From Octopus sinensis (Eukaryota), in assembly GCF_006345805.1 (NCBI RefSeq), contig NW_021824519.1, positions 1 to 18,408 on the forward strand: a stretch of 18,408 nucleotides of DNA, read 5' to 3'. The notes below the pieces were generated by a model, which was not told the DNA's origin, searched no databases, and was given only the letters and a program-made list of their open reading frames with translations. A program made the translations under genes and the position numbers. Positions 1-9,480 of the stretch are shown here, in pieces. Positions within the stretch are counted from its first letter, which is position 1; every line of letters starts with the position of its first letter.

Positions 1-71
1 GTCAATTAGTTTATATTTAATCAATTAACAAATCAGATGTTGGGTTAATGATTCTGCCGTTCAATCAGTCA

Positions 72-360
72 GTTATTCTATGGGACTTTTTTTGCCGAAC
101 CGCTAAGTAACGGGACGTAAACACAATAACATCGTCTGTCAAGCGATGGTTGGGGATAAACTCAGACACACATTTATATCCATTCATCCATCCATACATA
201 AATATAGATATACATACACACATACACACACACACACACATACACACACACACACACACATATATACATATAAACGACGAGCTTCTTTCAGTTTCTGTCT
301 ACCAAATCTACTCGCAAGTCTTTTATCGTCCCGAGGCTAAAGCAGAAGACAATTGCCCAT
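72..360 (-). mobile_element. Internal fragment of tRNA-derived SINE family A (head and tail missing)
   Basis: The reverse complement matches the body of the full-length copies at 7364-7762 and 17812-18227 (gccgaaccgctaag, ggacgtaaacac, cttctttcagttt, ctaccaaatc) and includes the internal CA/TA microsatellite. Confidence 0.85.
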
Positions 361-406
<46 letters not shown>

Positions 407-998
407 GTCTGTGCTTATTCGTCATCACTGCTTGGCAATCGGTGTTAGTGTGCTTACGTCCCCGTGTGCGGTTCGGCAAAAAGGTCCGATATCGTCCCGA
501 GGCTAAAGCAGAAGATAATTGCCCATGTGTATGTGTGTGTGTGTGTGTTGTGTGTGTGTGTGTGTGTGCGTGTGTCTGTGCTTATTCGTCATCACTGCTT
601 GGCAATCGGTGTTAGTGTGCTTACGTCCCCGTGTGCGGTTCGGCCAAAAGGTCCGATATCGTCCCGAGGCTAAAGCAGAAGATAATTGCCCATGTGTATG
701 TGTGTGTGTGTGTGTGTTGGTTGTGTGTGTGTGTGTGGTGTGTGCTGTGCTTATTGTCGTCATCACTGCTTGGCAATCGGTGTTAGTGTGCTTACGTCCC
801 CGTGTGCGGTTCGGCAAAAAGGTCCGATATCGTCCCGAGGCTAAAGCAGAAGATAATTGCCCATGTGTATTGTTTGTGTGTGTGTGTGTGTGTGTTGTGT
901 GTGTTGTGTGCGTGTGTCTGTGCTTATTCGTCATCACTGCTTGGCAATCGGTGTTAGTGTGCTTACGTCCCCGTGTGCGGTTCGGCAAAAAGGTCCGA
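324..998. repeat. 4-copy tandem repeat of a 166-171 bp unit spanning a SINE inversion junction
   Basis: Units start with tatcgtcccgaggctaaagcagaaga at 324, 490, 657 and 828. Each has a (TG)n tract and ends cggttcggc(a/c)aaaaggtccga. Confidence 0.95.
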
Positions 999-1111
999 TA
1001 GAATAAGAAAAGCTTAAGCTTAAGAAACAAGTCTCGGGGTCGAATTTTTCAAGGCGGTGCTCCAGCACGGCCGCAGTCAAATGACCGAAACAAATAAACG
1101 AGTACAAGAAT
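361..1111 (+). mobile_element. 3' half of SINE family A, partly amplified in the tandem array, with terminal tail
   Basis: Contains ttacgtcccc, cggttcggcaaaa, gatagaataag and aaggcggtgctccagcacggccgcagtcaaatgaccgaaacaa, matching the 3' half of 17812-18227. Confidence 0.85.
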
Positions 1112-1377
1112 ATGTAACCTCTTGCTTATTCTTACGTAATTCCTCAGTTGTTATTGGTAAAATGTAACAATCAATATATTCACAAGATGATCAGGCGTTA
1201 ATATAGTTAAAAATCGATAGTTATGAACTCAATAAAAGAATTTGTATTTAATTAACAGTATTTATTAATCGTCAATAGGTGATTATTTTAAACAAGACTA
1301 AAGAAAAAAACGATTATTAGATAATCTATTGCATATGAAAAAAAAATTGTCGGTTGCAATATAACTGCCAACAAATT

Positions 1378-1393
1378 GTTATTATTATTATTA

Positions 1394-1425
<32 letters not shown>

Positions 1426-1606
1426 GTAGTAGTAGTAGTAATAATAACAACAACAGTAATAACTTTAATAATAATGTAATAATGATGATGATGATGATGA
1501 TAACAAGAATAACAACAACAACAATACTAATTATGAAGATGATGGCGACGAAATAATAATAATATAATAATAATATAATAATATAATATAATAATAATAT
1601 AATATG

Positions 1607-1637
<31 letters not shown>

Positions 1638-1696
1638 TATAATAATAATATAATAATATGATGATAATAATAATAATGATAATAATAATAATAATG

Positions 1697-1761
<65 letters not shown>

Positions 1762-1906
1762 TGATAATAATAATAAAAGTAACAACGATGATGATAGCAA
1801 GGGTGATGATAATGGCGATTGTGATAATAATAACAATCAACTGAAATTATTACTATCATTTTTATCATTATTATTAATATTATTATTATTAATATTATCG
1901 TTGTTG

Positions 1907-1964
<58 letters not shown>

Positions 1965-2080
1965 GTTTATCATTCGCATTAACGTTATTCTTATTATCAT
2001 TATTATTATTAATATCATCATCATCATCATCATCATATCGTCATCATCATCATTATTATTATTCTCATATCAACAATAAA
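1378..2080. repeat. Compound trinucleotide microsatellite: (ATT)n, (AGT)n, (AAT/AAC/GAT)n, then (ATT/ATC)n
   Basis: Read directly. The repeat strand switches near 1440 and near 1840. Confidence 0.95.
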
Positions 2081-2272
2081 AATGATAAATGTTCAATATT
2101 TTGAATATCCGGTTCTCGTTCATTGTATTTATTATTCAGTATTTCTTAAACATATTATAGTCCTTAATTATATTCGTTAGTAATTAATAACAATCAGGAT
2201 ATAATTTCATTTCTTCAATTTGGTCGCATAAGGAAACTGAATAATTTCCTCCTATTTATTATTGTGTGCGTA

Positions 2273-2328
2273 TATACATATACATACATACTTTCATACA
2301 TACATACATACATACATACATACATACA

Positions 2329-2360
<32 letters not shown>

Positions 2361-2362
2361 CG
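2273..2362. repeat. (TACA)n microsatellite
   Basis: Read directly. Confidence 0.95.
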
Positions 2363-3338
2363 AGTATATACTAGTATAATTTGCATGAAGTAGCGTTGTC
2401 TGATATACGTTTATAATTTTCTTTATATGGCCAAAGCAAAGCAATGCAAATTATAAGAAATAACACAAAACGATGTTTTGTACTTTTGTCCTGTATGTTA
2501 ATACTTTGGGGCTAGAAGCTCTTCTTCGGGAAATCTTTAGAGAAATAGCATTTATGACTCGGCTCCTCCGTTTTCTAGTGTATATACGAACACTACTGAA
2601 GGGGTCCGAAATATTGAAATACAAGGTAACAGTAGAAAACGTAGTCTTGTATTATTTCTTACAATGTTCATTGCTTTGATAAAAGTTAAAAGATGCCATC
2701 CAAGAACATTTATTCCAAGTAAATTCCTACGCAATCCCGCAAACGGTTCTGCAATCTGCGATAACTCTCAGAAGTAATGTAACGTGGAGATTCCCATCGT
2801 AGGTAACCCGTATCGCAATTTTTCTCTTGAAGGTTTTGTAACAAGGCACCACATCGCCAAACCTTAAGTATTACCATGCTGATGCCATAGGGTGCGGCAA
2901 TGTTCCGTCCAAAGTAAGCTATCAGTCAGTCTTTCGACGACCTCGCTACCCTATTTGGAAATCGCATTCCTTTTCATTTCACAAACTCATGTTGTGTCAC
3001 TGGTTTGCTATAAGAGAACGAAGGTTTCTACATTTATTTCAGGTTTGTTTCTCTTGCTATACACGATACTTAGCCAAGAAACCAGGCATGCATTCACCGA
3101 TTCCGACAGAGGGCGCTTTGAAATGACTTTGCTATTTATTGAAACCTATGGCATAAAGCGGGAATTCTCCTCAACGACAAACGGCTGTGAATACAACCTT
3201 TGTACAGGGGAAATATTCTCATTTGAAAGAATATAAAAAGTTGTCTACCCACAACACTGCTTCCATGCCCCATCTACAATATTTATTCAACCCAAGCCCG
3301 GCGTATCTTGTAATCACCTCATGGTTTTATGCTGATTT

Positions 3339-3662
3339 ACTACCTACCTACCTACCTACCTACCTACCTACCTACCTACCTACCTACCTACCTACCTACC
3401 TGCCTACCTACCTACTTACCTACCTACTTACCTGCCTACTTAACTGCCTACCTACCTACCTGCCTACCTACCTACCTACCTGCCTACCTACCTGCCTACC
3501 TACCTATTTGCCTGCCTGCCTACCTACCTACCTACCTTCCTACCTACCTGCCTACCTACCTACCTACCTACTTACCTACCTACCTGCCTGCCTGCCTACC
3601 TATTTGCCTGCCTGCCTACCTACCTACCTTCCTACCTACCTACTACCTACCTACCTACCTAC

Positions 3663-3713
<51 letters not shown>

Positions 3714-3731
3714 CCTACCTACCTATCTATC

Positions 3732-3762
<31 letters not shown>
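3339..3762. repeat. Compound tetranucleotide microsatellite (CCTA/CCTG)n grading into (ATCT)n
   Basis: Read directly. It ends at the first base of the Tx1 LINE fragment. Confidence 0.95.
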
Positions 3763-4954
3763 CCGGTTGAGTTGCTCGGGGTCTGGTTTGGTCCGGACCT
3801 CCAAGTGGAGAAGAACTGGAACGAGATAACGAGTAGGGTGGCCACTCTCGCCCGGCAATGGGCCGAGAGGAAACTGTCCCTAAAAGGTCGAGCGGAGGTG
3901 GCGAACACGTACATCGCGTCCGTCATCTACTACCGCCTGACCGTCGTACCTTGTCCCGACCCTACCATCACCAAACTACAACGCATCCTCTTTCGCTTCT
4001 TGTGGAAAGGATGCGTCCCGATGGTCAGGCGATCCATTTGCTGTCAACACCCGTTAAAAGGAGGGCTGGGCATGCCGTGGTTGATGATGCGCAGACACGC
4101 GCTGAGACTGCGACATCTCTGGCTCTATGTAGACGACGGTGAACAGGTGTGGTCGCCGTTTGTGAGGCACGCTTTCCCGCAGCTCGTCTCCATGACCGAA
4201 CTGCAGTCGTGGATCAAAAAGAGGCCGAGAAGGGCGAATGGCACCGCGGAGTGTCGCGTTGCTCTCAAGCAACTCTGGCCGTCCTGGGTCGACCTTAAGT
4301 GACTTCAACACAACCAAAGCATTCTATAGGGGTTTGGAGTGGAGGGGAGGTACGACGACGAGCTCGGGGCGAACCTGGACGTCGACGAGGAGTACCTGAC
4401 CCGCCTGTTCGGGACGACTTTCGGGCCAGGGCCCATGGACAACTTCCAGAGATCCCTGGCCTGGCAGTGCTACCGAAAGCGCTACCCGTTCGGGATAAGC
4501 TCTACAGACACGGCTCGAGAAACACGGGGCCGACCTGCCCGAGATGCGGTCAGAGCGACGAAACCGTTCTGCACGCACCTCGTTCAGTGTCCAACAATTT
4601 CCGACCTGTGGCTTGTGTCGAACAACTGCTGTCACGTGTGGGACGAGTCGGTTTATCAGCTGAGTCTATCGTCAATATTGTCACGCCTCCTTCCTTCAAA
4701 CGGGAAGGAGAGCTATTTTCATCATCCTTGTGGCTATGGCGAAAGAATGTATCTGGTGGACGCGTCTGAAAGGATTGGAGACAAACACTTTCCTCTCTGG
4801 TCAATCTCTCATCAACTTCTTCAAGTACCACTTGAAAAGGAAAGTGAGAGTAGAGAGGCAAGTTTTGTCTAGCGAATGTTTTAAAAAAAGATGGGTGAAT
4901 GTAGCAAGAATGGCACGTATGAATGACGAAGCCACCTTGAGCATAGTCCTATGA
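3763..4954 (+). pseudogene. Frameshifted Tx1-type ORF2 C-terminal region (thumb domain plus CCHC zinc knuckle)
   Basis: Pieces of track ORFs 3187..4302, 4339..4872, 4299..4769 and 4730..4954 join through single-base indels into one protein ending KKRWVNVARMARMNDEATLSIVL*. Confidence 0.85.
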
Positions 4955-5346
4955 ACCCAGAAATCGAAACAGAGAGTTGCTTATTTGCAAAAAAAAAAAA
5001 AAAAACAGAAATATAAAATGTGACTTCATTGACCGAGTTACCGTGGTCTTTTCCGCAGGCTTTTCTTTCCACGGGTAAACCTCACCTGTCCTCCACCTTT
5101 ACACTTCATATTGACATTTCTGTGATAACGATCCCTATTGATCATTTTTTTTCCTCTCCCCCCCCCTTTTTTTTTTTTTTAACCCCCCTTATTTTTGTCC
5201 TCTTTCTCTCCTTTTACGATCCCTTTTGATCGAACCTCCCCCTTCCTTTTTTTTTTTTTTTTTTTTTTTTAATACCTTCAAAAGAAAAGCTCTACCTTGT
5301 AATTTGTTCTATCTGTGTGCAGCCCTGTGTGGCTAATAAAGAAACA
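3763..5346 (+). mobile_element. 5'-truncated L1/Tx1-clade non-LTR retrotransposon (3' part of ORF2 plus 3' UTR)
   Basis: Post-RT motifs LLGVWFG, LSLKGRAEVANTYIASVIYYRL, FRFLWKG and GGLGMP, then a C-terminal zinc knuckle CPRCGQSDETVLH-x4-C. The 3' UTR has AATAAA at 5335-5340. (ATCT)n flanks both sides. Confidence 0.9.
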
Positions 5347-5540
5347 TATCTATCTATCTAACAACCTATCTATCTATCTATCTGTCTGTCTGTCTGTGTG
5401 TCTATCTATCATTCTGTCTGTCTGTCTCTCAGCACTTCTGTCTCTCTCTCTCCTTTTCCCTCTTTCACACTCCACGTGCACACACACACACACACACATA
5501 CACACACACATGCATTCACACACACACACACACACACCAC
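5347..5540. repeat. Compound microsatellite (ATCT)n-(GTCT)n-(CT)n-(CA)n
   Basis: Read directly. It follows the Tx1 3' end. Confidence 0.9.
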
Positions 5541-5921
5541 TCATTCACTCTATTTATTTTTAAAGACTAAAATTCTTCAGAAACTTCTCAGAGTTCTACA
5601 GTTATTTTCTTTTTCTCCATAAAACATCTCCAACTGAAATCAACAACATGACTCCTCAAATCTGATGCGTTTATATTTCTGCTAGAGACAAAATCGATAA
5701 AAGATAAGTCTGAAAATTACCTTTAATGACAGCAGAAGACAGAATATTAATTTGAAATCGAACAGATGTAATCGAATCGCTGAGGTTGAAAGATATTCCA
5801 AAATATATGCGATTCGTTTTATGAGCATTTGATACTTAAACTTCATGTTTTCTGATGCAACGCTAAATTCGTACACATGACTACACGGGTTTCCCGTATA
5901 CACACACACAACGCACTTATA

Positions 5922-6307
5922 GTAGTAGGAGCACTCCGTCGGTTGCGACGATGAGGGTCCCAGCTGATACGATCAACGGAACTTGCTCGTGATATTAATG
6001 TGTAAGTGGCTGAGCACTCCACAGACACGTGTACCCTTAATGTAGTTCTCGGGGGAGATTCAGCGTGACACAGAGTGTGACAAGGCCGGCCCTTTGAAAT
6101 ACAGGTACAAGAGAAACAGGAAGAAAGAGCGAGAGAAAGTTGTGGTGAAAGAGTACAGCTGGGTTCACCACCACCCCCTGCCGGAGCCTCGTGGAGCTTT
6201 AGGTGTTTTCGCTCAATAAACACTCACAATGCCCGGTCTGGGAAGCGAAACCGCGATCCTTCGACCGCGAGTCCGCTGCCCTAACCACTTGGCCATTGCG
6301 CCTCCAC
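5922..6307 (-). mobile_element. Full-length tRNA-derived SINE family B with 14-bp target site duplication
   Basis: Minus-strand A box TGGCCAAGTGG (6285-6295), B-box-like GGTTTCGCTTCCC (6240-6252) and a (CTA)n tail. Direct repeat ACAACGCACTTATA at 5908-5921 and 6308-6321. Confidence 0.9.
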
Positions 6308-6609
6308 ACAACGCACTTATATACATACACACACATACATAATTACATGCATACAAACATACATACATGAATATGTCTGGCTCTGTTGAAGCTGTACAAT
6401 GGTGCGGAGGTATTCAGCTCGGAGTATACTGTTTCTTAAAGGAAAGAGAGCTGTAAACAAGAGAAATCGACTACGCAATTGCTGTTCTCTCGTCATTTCA
6501 TAAGTTTTATATTACGCTCTGTACATGCCGAACGCTTTATCCTCAGTCATAACAAATGGTTATTAGCATAGCATTAGCGAAATCATAATGTCCATATATA
6601 TATATATAT

Positions 6610-6822
6610 GGACGCCATGTTGGATCGTTAGCCCCTACACGCAATTTTTTTCTCTCCTTGTTTGTCTCCTTGTTTCTTTTCTGTGTAACTTTCTGTCGAA
6701 GAGCGTAGGCTCGAAACGTAAAAGACTTGTTTTATTTCTATTCCTGAGCGCCATACTAATACAATTGTTTGTTTATACTCCACCTGCCTTCGTCTTTTGT
6801 TTATTTTCGTAAACCTTCCCTT
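6610..6822 (+). mobile_element. (TA)n-flanked short repeat, probably a Penelope-like element terminal (pLTR) fragment
   Basis: Bounded by (TA)n on both sides and carries a hammerhead-like motif. The Penelope assignment is inferred from the known association of these elements with minimal hammerheads; no coding sequence is present. Confidence 0.5.
6689..6724 (+). ncRNA. Minimal type I hammerhead ribozyme-like motif (A6U variant)
   Basis: CUUU / CUGUCGA / A / GAGC-GUAG-GCUC / GAA / ACGU / A / AAAG: stems I and II pair, and the stem III region is the palindrome ACGU. Confidence 0.5.
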
Positions 6823-6991
6823 TATATATATTTAATATGAATATGTATTGCAGTGTAATATTTTTAATGCATTTTAATTTCCATGTATTAATTATATTTC
6901 CTTTATTAAGGTCAATATGTATTTTATTCGATGTAAGGTTTTTCCTCGAATTTTATAATTTTTATAATTTTTATATATATACGTATATATA

Positions 6992-7274
6992 TTTTTGAGC
7001 TCAATTTCGTTTATCGCTCGAAGATTGACCGTTATTTCTAAAGGGCCAATCAAACAAGTGCATTTTTTTTAAAAGGTGTAGCGTTTGTAATAGTCTGGAT
7101 AGAATTGACGTATCGGTTCCATTCTAGCAAAAACTGTCCGATGAACGGCAACGGGAAACTCAGAGTTACAGGTTTTGTTGAATTTTCTGCTGCTTTAAAT
7201 AAAGCATATTACTCTACCACTGGTATTTGAGTACTCTTTTTTCCACTTGTTTCACATTTATGTGTTTACTCCGG
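6992..7274 (+). mobile_element. Second (TA)n-flanked short repeat, probably a Penelope-like terminal fragment
   Basis: TA-rich or (TA)n flanks on both sides and an internal hammerhead-like motif at 7131-7175. Confidence 0.45.
7131..7175 (+). ncRNA. Minimal type I hammerhead ribozyme-like motif (U4C variant)
   Basis: AAACUGU / CCGAUGA / A-CG-GCAA-CG-G / GAA / ACU-CAG-AGU / U / ACAG(G)UUU: all three stems can form around the core. Confidence 0.55.
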
Positions 7275-7306
7275 TATATATACATATAAATATATATTAT
7301 ATATAC

Positions 7307-7359
<53 letters not shown>

Positions 7360-7363
7360 TATA
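7275..7363. repeat. (TA)n microsatellite
   Basis: Read directly. Confidence 0.95.
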
Positions 7364-7762
7364 TCTTTTCTCTTTTACTTGTTCCAGTCATTTGACTGCG
7401 GCCATGCTGGAGCAAGGCCTTTAGTCGGGCAAATCGACCCCGGGACTTATTCTTTGTAAGCCCAGTACTTATTCTATCGGTCTCTTTTGCCGAACCGCTA
7501 AGTGATGGGGACGTAAACACACCAGCATCGTTTGTCAAGCAATGCTAGAGGGAAAAACACATACACACAAACACACACTTATATATATATACATATATAC
7601 GACAGGCTTCTTTCAGTTTCCGTCTACCAAATCCACTCACAAGGCATTGGTCGGCCCTGGGCTATGGCAGAAGATACTTGCCCAAGATGCCACGCAGTGG
7701 GACTGAACCCGGAACCATGTGGTTGGTTAGCAAGCTACTTACCACACAGTCACTCCTGCGCC
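7364..7762 (-). mobile_element. Full-length tRNA-derived SINE family A (CORE-like central motif)
   Basis: The reverse complement is about 95% identical by hand alignment to 17812-18227 outside the internal microsatellite. It has the head ggcgcaggagtgactgtgtggtaag, B-box-like gggttcagtccc, central cttgggcaagt and a gtaaaaga tail. Confidence 0.93.
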
Positions 7763-8282
7763 TATAACGATAATCATTGTCTATTTGTGACGTGAAGTTT
7801 GTGATAGTATGAATAATATACTTTTTATCAAAGGTAGTATTCGATCGCAGATGATGTGGAACTAAGCACCAACTGGAACAACTACAACAACCAATTTCCC
7901 TTTCCCTTTTAAAAAAAGACAGAGCACCGTCACCCATCCTATAAGAAATAGCAGCCAAATTTCCCTTAAATTATACTCTACCGCCTTAATTGATGAAAGG
8001 ACACTGTAGACTATGTACGTCTGTGTGTGTATGTATGAATGCGTGTTTGTGCGCATGTATTGTGTGTGTATATATATACGTTCTCCTGGTGTTGTATGAA
8101 TACATCATGTGGTTTTACAGTCAAGTTTTTGACTGCTATCTCTAGCATGGTGGTATCTTTTAGATATTCTTAAGTATAATTTAAATAATAATTATTACTT
8201 ATAAGGTTTTTTATTCCCATCCTGGCCACTTGATATTATCAGTTTTTTAAAAATAACAATCTTATCCCTATTTAATAACGGT

Positions 8283-8292
8283 ATATTATATA

Positions 8293-8353
<61 letters not shown>

Positions 8354-8560
8354 ATATATATATATATAATATATATATATTGTATATATATAATTATATA
8401 TACAATATATATATTATATATTATATACATATAAATACATAAATAGATAGATACATACATACAGACAGACATAATTCAACCCTGTGTTGTGTGTGCGTGT
8501 GTGTGCGTCGTATGTGTGTGTGTCTGTTATGTGTGTGTGGTCTGTATCTGGTGTGTGTAC
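8283..8560. repeat. (TA)n then (TAGA/TACA/CAGA)n then (GT)n microsatellite block
   Basis: Read directly. Confidence 0.9.
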
Positions 8561-8712
8561 GCATGTTAGTTGCAAGTGAAAGAAGTGGTGCTCGAATATG
8601 AAATGTAGAGTAATAAATAGTGCTTTACTGAAGTTGGAAGTCTTCCGAAACTGCTACTCTGAGTTTCACGCAACTGATTATCAGGCAGAAGAGGTTTTCG
8701 TCTCTTCTTATG

Positions 8713-8721
8713 TGTATATGT

Positions 8722-8816
<95 letters not shown>

Positions 8817-8840
8817 ATATATATATACATATATATATGT

Positions 8841-8884
<44 letters not shown>

Positions 8885-8920
8885 TAGATAGATAGATATA
8901 GATATGTATGTATGTATGTA

Positions 8921-8952
<32 letters not shown>
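8713..8952. repeat. (TA)n-(GT)n-(TA)n-(TAGA)n compound microsatellite
   Basis: Read directly. Confidence 0.95.
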
Positions 8953-8956
<4 letters not shown>

Positions 8957-9084
8957 TTACTTGGAAGTGGATGCGTGGCGTTCGATCATATAATGACAAA
9001 ATAATAAATAAAACATATGCATATATACATACATATATGTACATACCTACATCTATATGTATATAAACATGCATATATCGATAC

Positions 9085-9258
9085 AAGCCACCCAAAAAAA
9101 ATGTAGAACACAATGGAAAACGAAAACATAAAAACAAGAACATGGAAACGGACTTTTTTCAAACAGCGAAAAAACAGATTACAAGACATACAACACAAGG
9201 AATATTCCCCTTCTTCAGTTGCCCCCGTTACGACTACTCCGTGTTTCGAAGGTAAGGG
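9085..9258 (-). mobile_element. Possible third (TA)n-associated repeat fragment (Penelope-like?)
   Basis: Abuts (TA)n at 9259. The minus strand contains CGAAAC and CTGAAGAAGGGG, but these do not fold into a complete hammerhead. Confidence 0.3.
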
Positions 9259-9318
9259 ATATATATGGATATATAATATATAATATATATATATATATAT
9301 ATATAATATATGTATATA

Positions 9319-9360
<42 letters not shown>

Positions 9361-9403
9361 ATGTATATATATATGTATATATATATGTATATATATGTAA
9401 GTA

Positions 9404-9480
<77 letters not shown>
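9259..9480. repeat. (TA)n/(TATG)n microsatellite
   Basis: Read directly. Confidence 0.95.

Noticed and set aside
324-998. CRISPR-like array
   Set aside because: Whole units are repeated with no unique spacers, they derive from SINE sequence, and the DNA is eukaryotic with no cas genes.
65-2104. Many ORFs rich in CV, HT, poly-I, poly-L or poly-Y (also 5315-5622, 7247-7459, 8598-9563, 11427-11796)
   Set aside because: These are translations of di- and trinucleotide microsatellites and SINE sequence.
3103-3117. CTCF-like motif CCGACAGAGGGCGCT
   Set aside because: A single imperfect match with no supporting context, which cannot be told from chance without ChIP or conservation data.
3187-3762. 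N-terminal LPTY/LSIY-repeat half of the 371-aa ORF, and ORF 3329..3829
   Set aside because: This is a stop-free tetranucleotide microsatellite read in frame with the LINE fragment, not a repeat protein.
7920-8270. Possible additional interspersed repeat fragments (aatagcagccaaatttccc... and ttttgactgctatctctagcatg...)
   Set aside because: They look familiar as cephalopod repeats, but there is no second copy or diagnostic motif in the window. A RepeatMasker run is needed.
8628-8665. Hammerhead-like CUGAAGU-U-GGAAGUCUUCC-GAAAC
   Set aside because: A9 is missing and no stem I flanks the core, so it is probably chance or too decayed.
9195-9258. Third hammerhead on the minus strand (CGAAAC ... 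CUGAAGA AGGGG)
   Set aside because: The motif order would require a type II topology. Stem III with a GUC site is marginal and stem I (GUAACGGGGGCAA) does not pair.
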